A DNA stretch of 64,000 nucleotides, from positions 256,001 to 320,000 of the forward strand of contig CAVPNL010000015.1 of assembly GCA_963706575.1 (NCBI GenBank). Reading direction: 5' to 3'. The notes beneath the pieces were generated by a model that ran no database searches, was not told the origin of the DNA, and saw nothing but the letters and a program-made list of their open reading frames with translations. Both the position numbers and the translations under genes were made by a program. This document shows positions 39,354-49,112 of this stretch, in pieces (positions within the stretch are counted from its first letter, which is position 1; each line of letters opens with the position of its first letter). The stretch is from an uncultured delta proteobacterium. Its GTDB lineage: Bacteria > Desulfobacterota > Desulfobacteria > Desulfobacterales > JAHEIW01.

Positions 39354-40889
39354 TTAAAAAAACACAAACGTTACGATCACAAAGGTTGGAATCAGAAATA
39401 TCAGGGCGTATTTTAATATATAGCCGAAAAAACTCGGCATCGGTGTTCCGGCTTCCTCTGAAATAGAGCGCACCATAAAGTTGGGCGCATTACCGATGTA
39501 ACTGCAGGCGCCGAAAAATACCGCGCCGGCGGAAATGGCTTTCAAATAAATTGCATTTTCGGTCATCAGCAGCGGAACCGCCTGGCCCTCCGTCATCCCG
39601 GAATAAAAGGCGCCGAGGGCGCTGTTAAAAAAAGTAAGATAGGTCGGCGCGTTGTCGAGAAAACTCGACAGCGCCCCGGTGACCCAAAAATAATGTATGG
39701 GCTGAGTGACACCGTTTGTTAAAAATGCCAGGGCACCCTGGGATCCGGCTTTTAAAATCAGCAAACAGGGAATCATGGTGATAAATATGCCGATGAATAA
39801 ATAGGCCACTTCGATAATGGGAAACCAGGTAAAGTCATTGTCATCCCGGATCTTAATGGGCGTTGTGACCAGCGACAGGATGCCCATTAGAATCAGCAGG
39901 CCGTCCCGCACCCAGTCCTGAATAGAGCGGTGAATTCCCAGTGTGTTGATTTCGCCCCAGTCCACTATGCCGCTCATCAAAACGGCGCCCACAATGCCGC
40001 CTAAAAACAAAAAATTGTGGATGCCTTCAAGTTTTAAGGGCTCTTTGACACCTTCTTCTTCAGGCGCGGAAACACCCTCTTTGCGATAGTGGTAGGTGTC
40101 GAGTATAAAATAGATCACCAGCAGAATGCATACAACCGTCAGCATGTGGGGCAGGATCTTGAAAGTCCAGAAAAAGGATACGCCGTGCAAAAAACCCAAA
40201 AACAGCGGGGGATCGCCGAGCGGCGTCAGGGAACCCCCGACATTGGCAACCAGAAATATGAAAAATACCACCATAAAGGTGCGGTTTTTACGATAATTAT
40301 TGGCCCGCAGAAATGGACGGATCAGCAGCATGGCTGCGCCGGTGGTGCCCATCCAGGAAGCCAGCAGGGTTCCGATAATCAGTATGGTCACATTGACGAT
40401 CGGGGTGCCGCGCAGGGTGCCGCGCAATAAAATACCGCCGGAAACCGTGTATAACGACCACAGCAGGATAATAAACGGAACATAATCCGCGAGAATAATG
40501 TGCAGAATTTCATATAGCGCCGCGCCTTTAAATGCGATCAGAAAGGGTATTGCCAGGGATGCAGCCCAGAAGGCGGATATTTTTCCAAAATGATGATGCC
40601 AGAAATCCGGCAAAATAAGTGGAAAAAGGGCTATCGAAAGTAAAATGCATGCAAAAGGGATACAGCTCCACAGGGGAAGGAATTCACCGATACTTGCATG
40701 ACCGGACCCCTGATGGGAATCGCCGCTTTGATGGGAAGTTGAATTGTCATGGGAGGATTGATCGGCTGCCGGGCCGGCGGCCTGTGCAGAAGGTTGAGCC
40801 GCTGCCGCCATATGAACACTAAACAATGAAAGCAATACGATTAAAAACAGGAATTGGAAAACAGCCGTCTTATTTCTCAGGGTTTTCAT
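39354..40889 (-). CDS. Putative sodium:proton antiporter (DUF1646, IT superfamily) with His-rich N-terminal loop
   Basis: GTTGAAMLLIRP, ANVGGSLTPLGDPPLF, SSFLDNAPTY and YIGNAPNFMV. Confidence 0.85.
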   Translation of the reverse strand: MKTLRNKTAVFQFLFLIVLLSLFSVHMAAAAQPSAQAAGPAADQSSHDNSTSHQSGDSHQGSGHASIGEFLPLWSCIPFACILLSIALFPLILPDFWHHHFGKISAFWAASLAIPFLIAFKGAALYEILHIILADYVPFIILLWSLYTVSGGILLRGTLRGTPIVNVTILIIGTLLASWMGTTGAAMLLIRPFLRANNYRKNRTFMVVFFIFLVANVGGSLTPLGDPPLFLGFLHGVSFFWTFKILPHMLTVVCILLVIYFILDTYHYRKEGVSAPEEEGVKEPLKLEGIHNFLFLGGIVGAVLMSGIVDWGEINTLGIHRSIQDWVRDGLLILMGILSLVTTPIKIRDDNDFTWFPIIEVAYLFIGIFITMIPCLLILKAGSQGALAFLTNGVTQPIHYFWVTGALSSFLDNAPTYLTFFNSALGAFYSGMTEGQAVPLLMTENAIYLKAISAGAVFFGACSYIGNAPNFMVRSISEEAGTPMPSFFGYILKYALIFLIPTFVIVTFVFF

Positions 40890-41160
40890 TTAGCCCTTCC
40901 CTCGCGTTAGAAGTCGAAATCGTTAAGTCATATCAACTGGAATTCTCAAAGCCACGTCGAAATTAGATTCATCGTCGACCGGATTCCTTTAAATCAAAGC
41001 CATCGCTTTGGGGTCATACCTGAATTTATATAGCAAGATTCAGGCAATAAAACCTGTAATGCAGACCATCTTCGGCCGGTTAATTATCACTCTCTTTAGC
41101 GAAAATCTTTGGAAGTTTTGAAACTTTCACGTTAGCAAAATCTGTCATTTTTTAAAACTA

Positions 41161-42054
41161 TTAATTAATTGTAGCGGCTAACGTAACGCGGAATTTTCGC
41201 AGAAAATCTTCCGGATGGTAGGACAATTTGGCTTTGCGGAGCCCTTCGTCATCTAAATCCTGTTCCCGATTGACAAAGGTGTAATCTGCGGCGGAATTCG
41301 CCAGAAATATCTGATTAATCGCCTGGTAAACACCTTTGTACTGGGTATCTCCTTTTTCAAAATGGATCAGCAGCATGTCACGGGTCAATGCTTCAGCAAC
41401 GGTATAGGCCACCATTGATCCGTCAACCATCAGGGCGCCGCCAAACAGACCTGCCAACTGCTGCCATTCTTTTAGAATTCGAAAAATAGCGCGATTTTCA
41501 GAAGAGAGGATATCGGACGATTCACAGTCGCGCCAGGTGCACCAGTCTGTCTGCATGTCCATGGCCTGTTCCACCATATCGGCCCCGAACGACTGGTAGC
41601 TGAAATCGTATCTGCGGTTAAATTGATTGAGCAGGTTCTTTTTTTTATGATAGCGATTACCCTTCAACTCAATCAGATCCGCGACCCGGTAGAAATAATC
41701 CCAGCTGCCCCTTTCTTCCTCAATTTGAATCTCCTGTGGTAATCTTTCACGCCATAGATTTGCCAGCATTTCCGGAACCCGGGAAAAAACAGACCGCGCG
41801 TTTGAGTTTAAACGCAGTCGGCTTTGCCAGTCGACCGCATCCCACAAACCGACGGGTGCCCACAGGAATTCTTCAGGCAGGTTTTGACGGATCCAGATCA
41901 AATCGCCATCCCAGGCCCAGCGAAGTTCGTATTCTTCGGCCCAGCCCCACAGGTTTAGAAAGCTGTAATCAGATGTAATCTGGGGACATCGGGAAAGAAT
42001 TTCCAGATAGTCTTCCTGTCTGTCTAGACGGATGGGTTCAAAGTTCAGGGTCAT
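41161..42054 (-). CDS. DUF2156 (phosphatidylglycerol lysyltransferase-like GNAT) protein
   Basis: SDYSFLNLWGW, LKGNRYHKKKN, IHFEKG and NREQDLDDEGLRKAKLSYHP. Confidence 0.88.
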   Translation of the reverse strand: MTLNFEPIRLDRQEDYLEILSRCPQITSDYSFLNLWGWAEEYELRWAWDGDLIWIRQNLPEEFLWAPVGLWDAVDWQSRLRLNSNARSVFSRVPEMLANLWRERLPQEIQIEEERGSWDYFYRVADLIELKGNRYHKKKNLLNQFNRRYDFSYQSFGADMVEQAMDMQTDWCTWRDCESSDILSSENRAIFRILKEWQQLAGLFGGALMVDGSMVAYTVAEALTRDMLLIHFEKGDTQYKGVYQAINQIFLANSAADYTFVNREQDLDDEGLRKAKLSYHPEDFLRKFRVTLAATIN

Positions 42055-42087
42055 AAAGTCGCTCTGTTGTTGCGGGTTTCAATAAAA

Positions 42088-42210
42088 AGGATTTCAGGTG
42101 TCATCCAGCTGGCAATCGCTATATTGGTTTGATTGGTTTAATTTGTTCAATTGGTTCGGTTTAAACCAACCAATTCAACCAATAAGACCAATTAAACAAA
42201 TCGAACCGTT
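42088..42210. repeat. Family A periodic hairpin, second copy
   Basis: Shares the left flank TTTCAGGTGTCA with 1272-1393; the core matches the reverse complement of that copy. Confidence 0.85.
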
Positions 42211-42239
42211 TCTTGAATCCTAATCTTTGAATTTTGCAC

Positions 42240-42833
42240 TTAGCCGGCAACAACGTGTGCGAACCGTTTTCCGGCGTCGTATGCTTCTTCGAGATATTCG
42301 GGATGTTTTAAAACATCATCCTGAAAATCGAGCTGGCGATATAACAGCGCTTTCCAGAGCTCCATGTCCAGAACATCGAAGAAATATTTTATACTCAAAA
42401 GCATACCATCAAAAAGCTTTTTGCCTTTGGTGGCGCCGACGGAGATAAACAGCCCTTTGCGATTGTTGGTCTGCTGCTCGGGGGGAGCTTTATCCACCCA
42501 ATATTTTTTGACCCACAGGGACTGGAACCGATCCATCAGCATTTTTGTGTGGGCGCTGACCGTATAGAAAAAGACCGGTGACGCCAGAATCAACCCCTGG
42601 GCGTGCAGAATTTTATCGCGAACCATCTGGAAATCATCTTTGATGGCACATTCCCCGGCCTTGAGGCACCCGTAAATTTCAAGGCAGGGCGATATTTTAA
42701 GATCGCGCAGAACGATTTCCTCAACATCGGCTCCGGAATCCCGCGCCCCTTCGATGGCTTTTTTTAACAGTGTGGCCGTATTGCCCTTGCGCCGGGGACT
42801 GCCGTAGATGGCGACTATTTTTAGCTGATTCAA
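42240..42833 (-). CDS. Flavodoxin-like NAD(P)H-dependent FMN reductase / iron-sulfur flavoprotein family
   Basis: GSPRRKGNT, PCLEIYGCLKAGEC..DD and ASPVFF..DRFQ. Confidence 0.88.
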   Translation of the reverse strand: MNQLKIVAIYGSPRRKGNTATLLKKAIEGARDSGADVEEIVLRDLKISPCLEIYGCLKAGECAIKDDFQMVRDKILHAQGLILASPVFFYTVSAHTKMLMDRFQSLWVKKYWVDKAPPEQQTNNRKGLFISVGATKGKKLFDGMLLSIKYFFDVLDMELWKALLYRQLDFQDDVLKHPEYLEEAYDAGKRFAHVVAG

Positions 42834-42860
42834 TCCCTAACCTCGCTTTAACGTTTAAAT

Positions 42861-43035
42861 AAGTGCCTAAAGTGAACTAAAGTGAGCTAAAGTGCCTAAT
42901 TTTATATAAGTGAGAAGTGAACTAAAGTGACTATAGTGCCTAAAGTTAAGGAATTCTATCATTTATATATAAAAAGATGGAGCGTAGCGACACCAAAACT
43001 TTAGGCACTTTAGTCACTCCCAACTTTAGTCACTT
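42861..43035 (+). repeat. Family B repeat (CTAAAGTG arms with conserved core), copy 1
   Basis: Tandem CTAAAGTG units, core GGAATTCT...ATAAAAAGATGGAGCGTAGCGACACCA, then CACTTTAG units. Confidence 0.9.
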
Positions 43036-43829
43036 CAAATCTCTAAGACTAGCCCTATCGGGCAATGGTCGGACCCGAAAATATCGTTATCAATGAATGC
43101 CTCTTTGATCCAGCCTTTTTTAATAATATCCTCGGTCACGAAAAAGTAATCGATGCGCCACCCGACATTGCGATCCCTGGCTTTAAACCGGTAGGTCCAC
43201 CACGAGTATTTTACGGCTTCCGGAAAAAAATGTCTGAAGGTGTCTACATAACCGTTTTGGACAATCCGATCAAGCCAGTCCCGCTCGATTCTTAAAAAAC
43301 CGGATGTGTTTTCATTGGGTTTCGGGTTTTTCAGATCGATCTCGTTGTGGGCCGTATTGTAGTCGCCGGTAATGATGAGGCTGCGACCCTGTTTTCTATA
43401 GGAATCGGTATATTCAAAAAATGTTTCGTAAAAATCAAGCTTATACTGAAGCCTTTCATCGCTCATCTGACCATTGGGAAAGTAAACGTTAAAAAAGATA
43501 AAATCATCAAAATCCAGTTCAATAATGCGCCCTTCCTGATCAAATATAGAGACACCGAGCGCGGTGTTAACGCGCGTCGGTTTGATGCGCGAATAGGTGC
43601 CGACGCCGCTGTAACCTTTTTTTACCGTGGCGTGAGACCAGCAGGACTCATAACCTTCGATATTCTTCATCTTGTCGGTCATCTGATTTTCCTGAATCTT
43701 GGTCTCCTGAACAGAGAAAATGTCCGCATCCATCTGATGAAACAATGCAAAAAAATCCTTCTTAATGACGGCCCGCAGGCCGTTTACGTTCCAGGAGATC
43801 AATTTGATCCGCTTCTTCTTTTTCGCCAT
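43035..43829 (-). CDS. xth: Exodeoxyribonuclease III
   Basis: SWNVNG, QETK, GYSGV, GDYN, WRIDY and SDHCP. Confidence 0.95.
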   Translation of the reverse strand: MAKKKKRIKLISWNVNGLRAVIKKDFFALFHQMDADIFSVQETKIQENQMTDKMKNIEGYESCWSHATVKKGYSGVGTYSRIKPTRVNTALGVSIFDQEGRIIELDFDDFIFFNVYFPNGQMSDERLQYKLDFYETFFEYTDSYRKQGRSLIITGDYNTAHNEIDLKNPKPNENTSGFLRIERDWLDRIVQNGYVDTFRHFFPEAVKYSWWTYRFKARDRNVGWRIDYFFVTEDIIKKGWIKEAFIDNDIFGSDHCPIGLVLEI

Positions 43830-43898
43830 ATTGAAATTCTCTTCTAATCGCAGTCAATTTCTAAAAGTTACGTTTGCACTTTAAATGGTAATTTTTTT

Positions 43899-43959
43899 AC
43901 CACGAAAGCACGAAAATTTTTCTTTTTTTCGTGTTTTGTTCCTTTCGTGCTTTCGTGAT
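43899..43959. repeat. CACGAA/TTCGTG periodic hairpin repeat
   Basis: ACCACGAAAGCACGAAA ... TTTCGTGCTTTCGTGAT. Confidence 0.75.
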
Positions 43960-43983
43960 TAATTCTGTAAGCTTAAATCTATC

Positions 43984-44532
43984 TCATTCTCTTAGTAATC
44001 TTTTGATTTTCAGTAGAATTTCGTTTTCCACCGAGCCTTCAAGGGCTTCCTTAAGCGAGCGCAGGCATTCCCGGATGATCGCGGTTTTGGGCCGTGAAGA
44101 CCCCAGCTGCGCATCAATGGTTTTTATATCCGCCATCAGCTCCGAAAGACCGTCAAAATCCAGACCCAGGTTGCCGGCCTGGTTTTTAAGCTCACCGGCG
44201 ACCTGTTCGACGCTCTGGCAGCTGGTGGTATCCATAACGGGTTGATCGGTCAGCTTGCCCGGCGAACCGTCCGCCAGAGGCGTACCGCCTGTCAGAAGCT
44301 TAACTTCATTGGCACCTTCGGTACTGATACCAATCCCGCCGGACAGCGTTCGAATTTCCACCAGCTGTAATCCAATTAGGGTTTCAGCCACCCGCGAACT
44401 GGTATCGCGGTCCAGGCCCAATCCCTCGCCGATGTCATACATGGAAACCTGTGCAGATGGATCGCCGCCGGTCTGCTCAAACAGTTGAATCAAAAATTGC
44501 TGGCCGGCTTCATCCAGTTCGCTGCTGCTCAT
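43984..44532 (-). CDS. Hypothetical protein (possible N-terminal winged helix)
   Basis: Co-oriented ORF with AAGGA SD; VSMYDIGEGLGLD...LVEIRTLSGGIGIS. Confidence 0.65.
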   Translation of the reverse strand: MSSSELDEAGQQFLIQLFEQTGGDPSAQVSMYDIGEGLGLDRDTSSRVAETLIGLQLVEIRTLSGGIGISTEGANEVKLLTGGTPLADGSPGKLTDQPVMDTTSCQSVEQVAGELKNQAGNLGLDFDGLSELMADIKTIDAQLGSSRPKTAIIRECLRSLKEALEGSVENEILLKIKRLLRE

Positions 44533-44593
44533 AGATTCAATTGCATCCTTTCAATTAATGCGTTTTGGATAGGTGTCACTTAGAAATTATTCG

Positions 44594-44683
44594 CACGCAA
44601 GCCGCAAAGCTCGCAAAGAAAAAAAATATAAATTTTTTAATAAAAAAAATTTTGCGCGCCTGTTTTTTGGCGTCTTTGCGTGA
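44594..44683. repeat. CGCAAAG/CTTTGCG periodic hairpin repeat
   Basis: CACGCAAGCCGCAAAGCTCGCAAAG ... TTTGCGCG...CTTTGCGTG. Confidence 0.7.
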
Positions 44684-44717
44684 GGCCCTCAAGCTGTCAG
44701 CTTTTCTTTAGACGGCT

Positions 44718-45617
44718 TTAGGCGACCACCGCTTGAATAGCCGACCGGATATCCGGATACTGAAATTCGAAACCGTGGCTCAAAAGCTTAGCGGGAATGG
44801 CGCGCTGGCTGTCCAGCAGTATGTTGCCGAATTCTCCGAGCACGGCGCGGACCATAAATGCCGGAGCCGGCATGATGGCCGGCCGGCCCAGTACTTGCCC
44901 CAGGGTGTTTGCCAGCTCACGGTTTCTCACCGGATTGGGAGCGCAAAAGTTAAGCGGGCCATCGACCTGCGGATGTTCACAGACAAACAGAATCGCGGCC
45001 ATCAGATCGGTCAGATGCATCCAGGGAAACCATTGGTTCCCGCTGCCGATGGGACCGCCTACAAAAGATTTAAAGGCCGGAATCATCTTGGCCAGGGCCC
45101 CGCCGCCTTTTCCCAGAATTACGCCAAATCGCATCAGCGCCACCCGGATTCCTTTGGCAGTCCCTTTCAGCGCCGCTGCTTCCCAGTCCACCGAAACCGA
45201 GGCTAAAAAATCAATACCGGGCTTTTCGTCTTCTTCTAAAAGGTCGTCGCCCCGGTTGCCGTAATATCCGGCACCGGATGCACTGCAAAGGACCACCGAT
45301 TGATCGGCCGGCAACGCATCCACCACGTTGCGGGTGGTTAATACGCGACTGTCGTATATCTGCTTCTTATAGCTTTTGCTCCAGCGCTTGAAAATTGATT
45401 TGCCGACCAGATTAACCACAGCATCCACATCGCCCAGTGCTTTCTGCCAGTCTCCCGCTTGAGTGGTGTCCGCTGAGATGTATTGATACCTGTCGGCGGT
45501 TATCCGATTTTGGGTCGCCGCCCGTCCCACTGCAATGACGGCGTGCCCTTTATCCAGAAGGTAATCCGAAAGGTTTGCGCCGACAAATCCCAGACCACCC
45601 GTAATTAGAATTTTCAT
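44718..45617 (-). CDS. TIGR01777 family NAD-dependent epimerase-like protein
   Basis: MKILITGGLGFVG, GYYG, GSGNQWFPWMH and GFEFQYP. Confidence 0.9.
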   Translation of the reverse strand: MKILITGGLGFVGANLSDYLLDKGHAVIAVGRAATQNRITADRYQYISADTTQAGDWQKALGDVDAVVNLVGKSIFKRWSKSYKKQIYDSRVLTTRNVVDALPADQSVVLCSASGAGYYGNRGDDLLEEDEKPGIDFLASVSVDWEAAALKGTAKGIRVALMRFGVILGKGGGALAKMIPAFKSFVGGPIGSGNQWFPWMHLTDLMAAILFVCEHPQVDGPLNFCAPNPVRNRELANTLGQVLGRPAIMPAPAFMVRAVLGEFGNILLDSQRAIPAKLLSHGFEFQYPDIRSAIQAVVA

Positions 45618-45643
45618 GGGTCCCTCCTGCGATTTGCACACAC

Positions 45644-45671
45644 AAAAGAAAAGCGGGCTGTGGTGCCCGCT
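45644..45671 (-). terminator. Intrinsic terminator downstream of the Fur-family gene
   Basis: AGCGGGC-ACCACA-GCCCGCT followed by TTTCTTTT on the minus strand. Confidence 0.6.
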
Positions 45672-45759
45672 AATACCTGAATCTTGAATGAAAATTAATC
45701 AGAAGGTTGAGGGCGTATTTTCCCGGGTTCCTCAACGTCGGTTTTTTATCGTTTTAGGG

Positions 45760-46176
45760 TTATCGGTTTGCATCCCGGTTGGATTTAGCCGAACATATCG
45801 GGCACACGCCCAGAAATTCCAACCGGTGTCCGATGATCTCATAATCGGTTGAATTGACCTGCGCCAGATCGATTTTTAAATCAGGGGCCACCGGTGCGTC
45901 AGCAATTCGATCGCAGCGAACACAGCGGATATGACAGTGGTCGGTCGGGTTGCCATCAAACCGTTTCAGGGAGCAGCCGGGTTCGAGCTTTTGAATATCA
46001 CCGGATTCAGAGAGTCTCTCAAGGTTGCGATAGACCGTCCCCAGGCTGATACGCGGCAATCGTTTGCGAACGATCTCATAGATCTCATCCGCACTCGGAT
46101 GGGTCTTGACTTTGCGAAGCTCTTCCAGAATTACCCTGCGCTGACGCGTCATCCGAAGGTTCGGGTGCTTTTGCAA
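45760..46176 (-). CDS. Fur/PerR family transcriptional repressor
   Basis: RMTRQR, HPSADEIY, SLGTVYRNL, HCHIRCVRC and CPIC. Confidence 0.92.
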   Translation of the reverse strand: MQKHPNLRMTRQRRVILEELRKVKTHPSADEIYEIVRKRLPRISLGTVYRNLERLSESGDIQKLEPGCSLKRFDGNPTDHCHIRCVRCDRIADAPVAPDLKIDLAQVNSTDYEIIGHRLEFLGVCPICSAKSNRDANR

Positions 46177-46200
46177 ACTGTTTCTGCCTTTTGTTAAAGA

Positions 46201-47385
46201 TTACCCTCTTTCTTCAAGGGGCTCAAATTCACAGACATCCGGCCCGCAGTAATCGCCGACATATTCGGATTCCGGTCGGTACAGCATGGGCTTGGGTGCG
46301 GCACCGGCAAAATATTCTTCGATTACATGGGCGGTCCAGCCGGATATTCTCGAAATCGCAAATACCGGCGTGAACAGGCCTATTGGAATTCCCATGGCAT
46401 AATAAAGGGAAGCGCTATAAAAATCAACATTTACATATATATCTTTGTTTTTGCGCTTCTTAAATTCAGCTTTTCCCGTTTTTTCTAACAGTTGTGACAT
46501 TTCATACCAGCGGGTATCCCCGATGCGCTCCCCCATTCTCTTGGACATGGGCGCCAGAATGTGGGCGCGCGGATCATCGGTGTCATACACCGCATGCCCC
46601 AATCCAAAAATTTTGAGGCCGGCATCAAATTGCTGATTCACATAGGCTTCAACCTTATCCACCGAACCGATCTTTTTCAACATTTCCATGACACGCATAT
46701 TGGCGCCCCCGTGAAGCTCTCCCGACAGGGAACCTACGGCGGCACCGACGGCGGCATACATGTGGGCGCGGGTTGAAGCGACCTCACGGGCAGCAAAGGT
46801 TGAGGCATTAAAGGAATGCTCGGCATGCAGCACCAGGCAGGTATCCATGAAACGGCCTTCTTCTGCATCCGGCTCTTCGCCTTTGAGCATATAGAGGAAA
46901 TTGGCGGCATGGTCCAGATCGGGCGATGGACTCAGCGGGTCCTTATCGTTGCGAATGCGGTCCCAGGCCGCTAGGAGCGTGGGAAACTTCGCAATCAGCC
47001 TTATGGCCATTCTGACGGCTGCTTCCTGCGTTTGATCGGTGACGTCAGGATCATGGTTGGCCAGCAGGGATACACCGGCCTGCAAAACATCCATAACCAG
47101 CGCGTCTTTCGGCCGGGTTTTTAATGCGGCAATCACCTCCGGCGGGATATCTCTTTCGGCCGTAAGCTGGGCTTTAAATGCTTTCAATTTAGCTGCGTCC
47201 GGCAGTTTTTCAAAAAGAAGCAAATACGCCACCTCTTCAAATGACGCCGTATTCGCCAGATCCTGAATAAGATAACCCCTGTAGATTAATTTCCCGGCGG
47301 CACCCTGGACGTCGCTAATGCGGGTATCAGCGATGACCACGCCGCGTAATCCTGTATTCAACATCGGTCTGCATTCTTCTTCCAT
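46201..47385 (-). CDS. gltA: Citrate (or 2-methylcitrate) synthase
   Basis: GLRGV, LIYRGY, EHSFNAST, LHGGAN, GLGHAVY..DPR and NVDFYS. Confidence 0.9.
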   Translation of the reverse strand: MEEECRPMLNTGLRGVVIADTRISDVQGAAGKLIYRGYLIQDLANTASFEEVAYLLLFEKLPDAAKLKAFKAQLTAERDIPPEVIAALKTRPKDALVMDVLQAGVSLLANHDPDVTDQTQEAAVRMAIRLIAKFPTLLAAWDRIRNDKDPLSPSPDLDHAANFLYMLKGEEPDAEEGRFMDTCLVLHAEHSFNASTFAAREVASTRAHMYAAVGAAVGSLSGELHGGANMRVMEMLKKIGSVDKVEAYVNQQFDAGLKIFGLGHAVYDTDDPRAHILAPMSKRMGERIGDTRWYEMSQLLEKTGKAEFKKRKNKDIYVNVDFYSASLYYAMGIPIGLFTPVFAISRISGWTAHVIEEYFAGAAPKPMLYRPESEYVGDYCGPDVCEFEPLEERG

Positions 47386-47579
47386 AAATCACCTCATCTT
47401 CTTACCCCACGGGGGGACTAAAAATGTGAATGGGCTTTGTTTTACCTGTTTATTACACCTGTTTAAAAATGGATTTTGAATACAGAAATGTCAAGAGGGA
47501 AATTAGAGAAATAGAAATACTATATTTTGCCATATGCCACAAATACAGGCGGACCAACCGGCTAACCGTTTTTGGTTCA

Positions 47580-47912
47580 TCAATAGGGCATTTTTTCCGG
47601 GGGACGGCGTTCGGGTACATATTCTTGCGGAATTTTGCCCTCATTCCATTCTTTGGAAACATACAGGCTGCAGTAGCAGCTGCCGAACTCTTCGATATCC
47701 GGAACACTGTAAACACAGGGGCAAAAAATGTCTCGATCCAATTCCTTATCACCCGAAAGCAAGCGGCAGGGACAACCCATGTAGCCGTAATTTTCCCGGT
47801 TGGCGATCAACGCTTCCAGGAGTTCAAAGGTCCGCTCTTTATCCTTGTTAAAATAATAGCCTTTTGGTTCCTGCACTTTTTTCATGCGATCATACAGTTC
47901 TTGTGGTGTCAT
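47580..47912 (-). CDS. Ferredoxin:thioredoxin reductase catalytic subunit-like protein
   Basis: CPCR, CPC and CYC motifs; ATGA-coupled to the glutaredoxin gene. Confidence 0.9.
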   Translation of the reverse strand: MTPQELYDRMKKVQEPKGYYFNKDKERTFELLEALIANRENYGYMGCPCRLLSGDKELDRDIFCPCVYSVPDIEEFGSCYCSLYVSKEWNEGKIPQEYVPERRPPEKMPY

Positions 47913-48166
47913 TCCATTCCCAGAGCCTCCTTTAATTCTTTTTCTTTATACCCCACAATGACGGTCTCGCCGATGATGATGGTCGGAAACGAGCAGCGCG
48001 GATTAAATTTTTTGACATCCTCGATGATGGCCTTACGTTCATCACCCTCGAGCTTATCCACGTCAATAAATTCATATTTTATGGTACATTCACCTAAAAA
48101 TCTTTTTGTTGCTTTGCAGTGGCTGCAGGTGCTCAACGAGTAAATTTTAACTTGCGGATGGGACAT
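47909..48166 (-). CDS. Glutaredoxin/NrdH-like protein
   Basis: YSLSTCSHC, SFPT and IVGY. Confidence 0.9.
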   Translation of the reverse strand: MSHPQVKIYSLSTCSHCKATKRFLGECTIKYEFIDVDKLEGDERKAIIEDVKKFNPRCSFPTIIIGETVIVGYKEKELKEALGME

Positions 48167-48907
48167 CGGAACATCCTTTCGTGATGTTGGATTTGATGGT
48201 CTTCGTACCCTAAGAATACGTCATCAGGCAAAAACAACAATTTGAATGTGAAATTTCGACTTGTCAAATCGCTTCATATGACGATTCAGAACTTCGCAAA
48301 ATAGTATAAAATTTAAATTATTTCAATTAAAAAATTAAAATATCTAATAGTTTACAATAATTGGCAATCAATTCGCCTGAGTCGCTAATCTTTTCTTACC
48401 ATCAATTGAGTCAAGTTCGATAGCAGATAATGGCACCCTGATAAAAAATAATTCATTATAATTTAAATTGGTTATATCGATATCGAATTGTCCGGCGGCG
48501 CACCGGCCCAAATTTGAGACGATTTGAGACACCTGGGGATCATCCGCAGCTGGGTCAGATCAGAAAGCGCAAAATGGGTCAAGGAGTGACATCATGTCCA
48601 ACAAAACACCACCGAATATCAATGGAAACATCTGATATACAGTCAGTTATATCGCCGGACAACAAGATGAATGATTTAAATTGAGCGTCAAAATAGAACA
48701 TCCGGAGGGATATCTGAATTGTTTCGTCTCACACATTTGATGAGACACACCTGTATCATAAGACAAAAAAGATGATCGTTCAGGATCAGTAATCTTGAAT
48801 TTATAAGCGTTGAGATAGATTGTCTGCCGATTATTTTTTCTGCTATTCCAAAATCTTACGTCATCCAGTAAATTAATATATATTATCTACCTGTGATATA
48901 AATACAT

Positions 48908-48923
48908 TGGCACAAAATTTGCC
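48908..48923 (+). promoter_or_regulatory. sigma54 -24/-12 promoter upstream of cooS
   Basis: TGGCACAAAATTTGCC; inverted repeat GTCTCA-N9-TGAGAC at 48726-48746 upstream. Confidence 0.65.
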
Positions 48924-49112
48924 ACTAAATAGCTGATAATTTATAAAAATTTTAATCTTCTAAGGGTCTTGACAAAAAGTTTTATTTATCTTAATGAGAA
49001 TGGTTACTAATTAAACAAACCAATAAATATTCCCGGTAATTTCATTTTCTTCACATTATGAAAATCAACCCCATTTAACCTCAATCGATTGTTCCACGAA
49101 GGGAGGATTTAT

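Noticed and set aside
41031..41048. sigma54 promoter for the antiporter (TTGCCTGAATCTTGCT, minus strand)
   Set aside because: It lacks the invariant -24 GG.
42861..43035. CRISPR array from the CTAAAGTG or other periodic repeats
   Set aside because: Units are 7-10 bp, contiguous and arranged as hairpin arms. There are no unique 30-40 bp spacers and no cas genes.
48594..48635. 13-codon ORF with AAGGAG SD upstream of cooS
   Set aside because: Too short, with no informative composition or attenuator structure seen.
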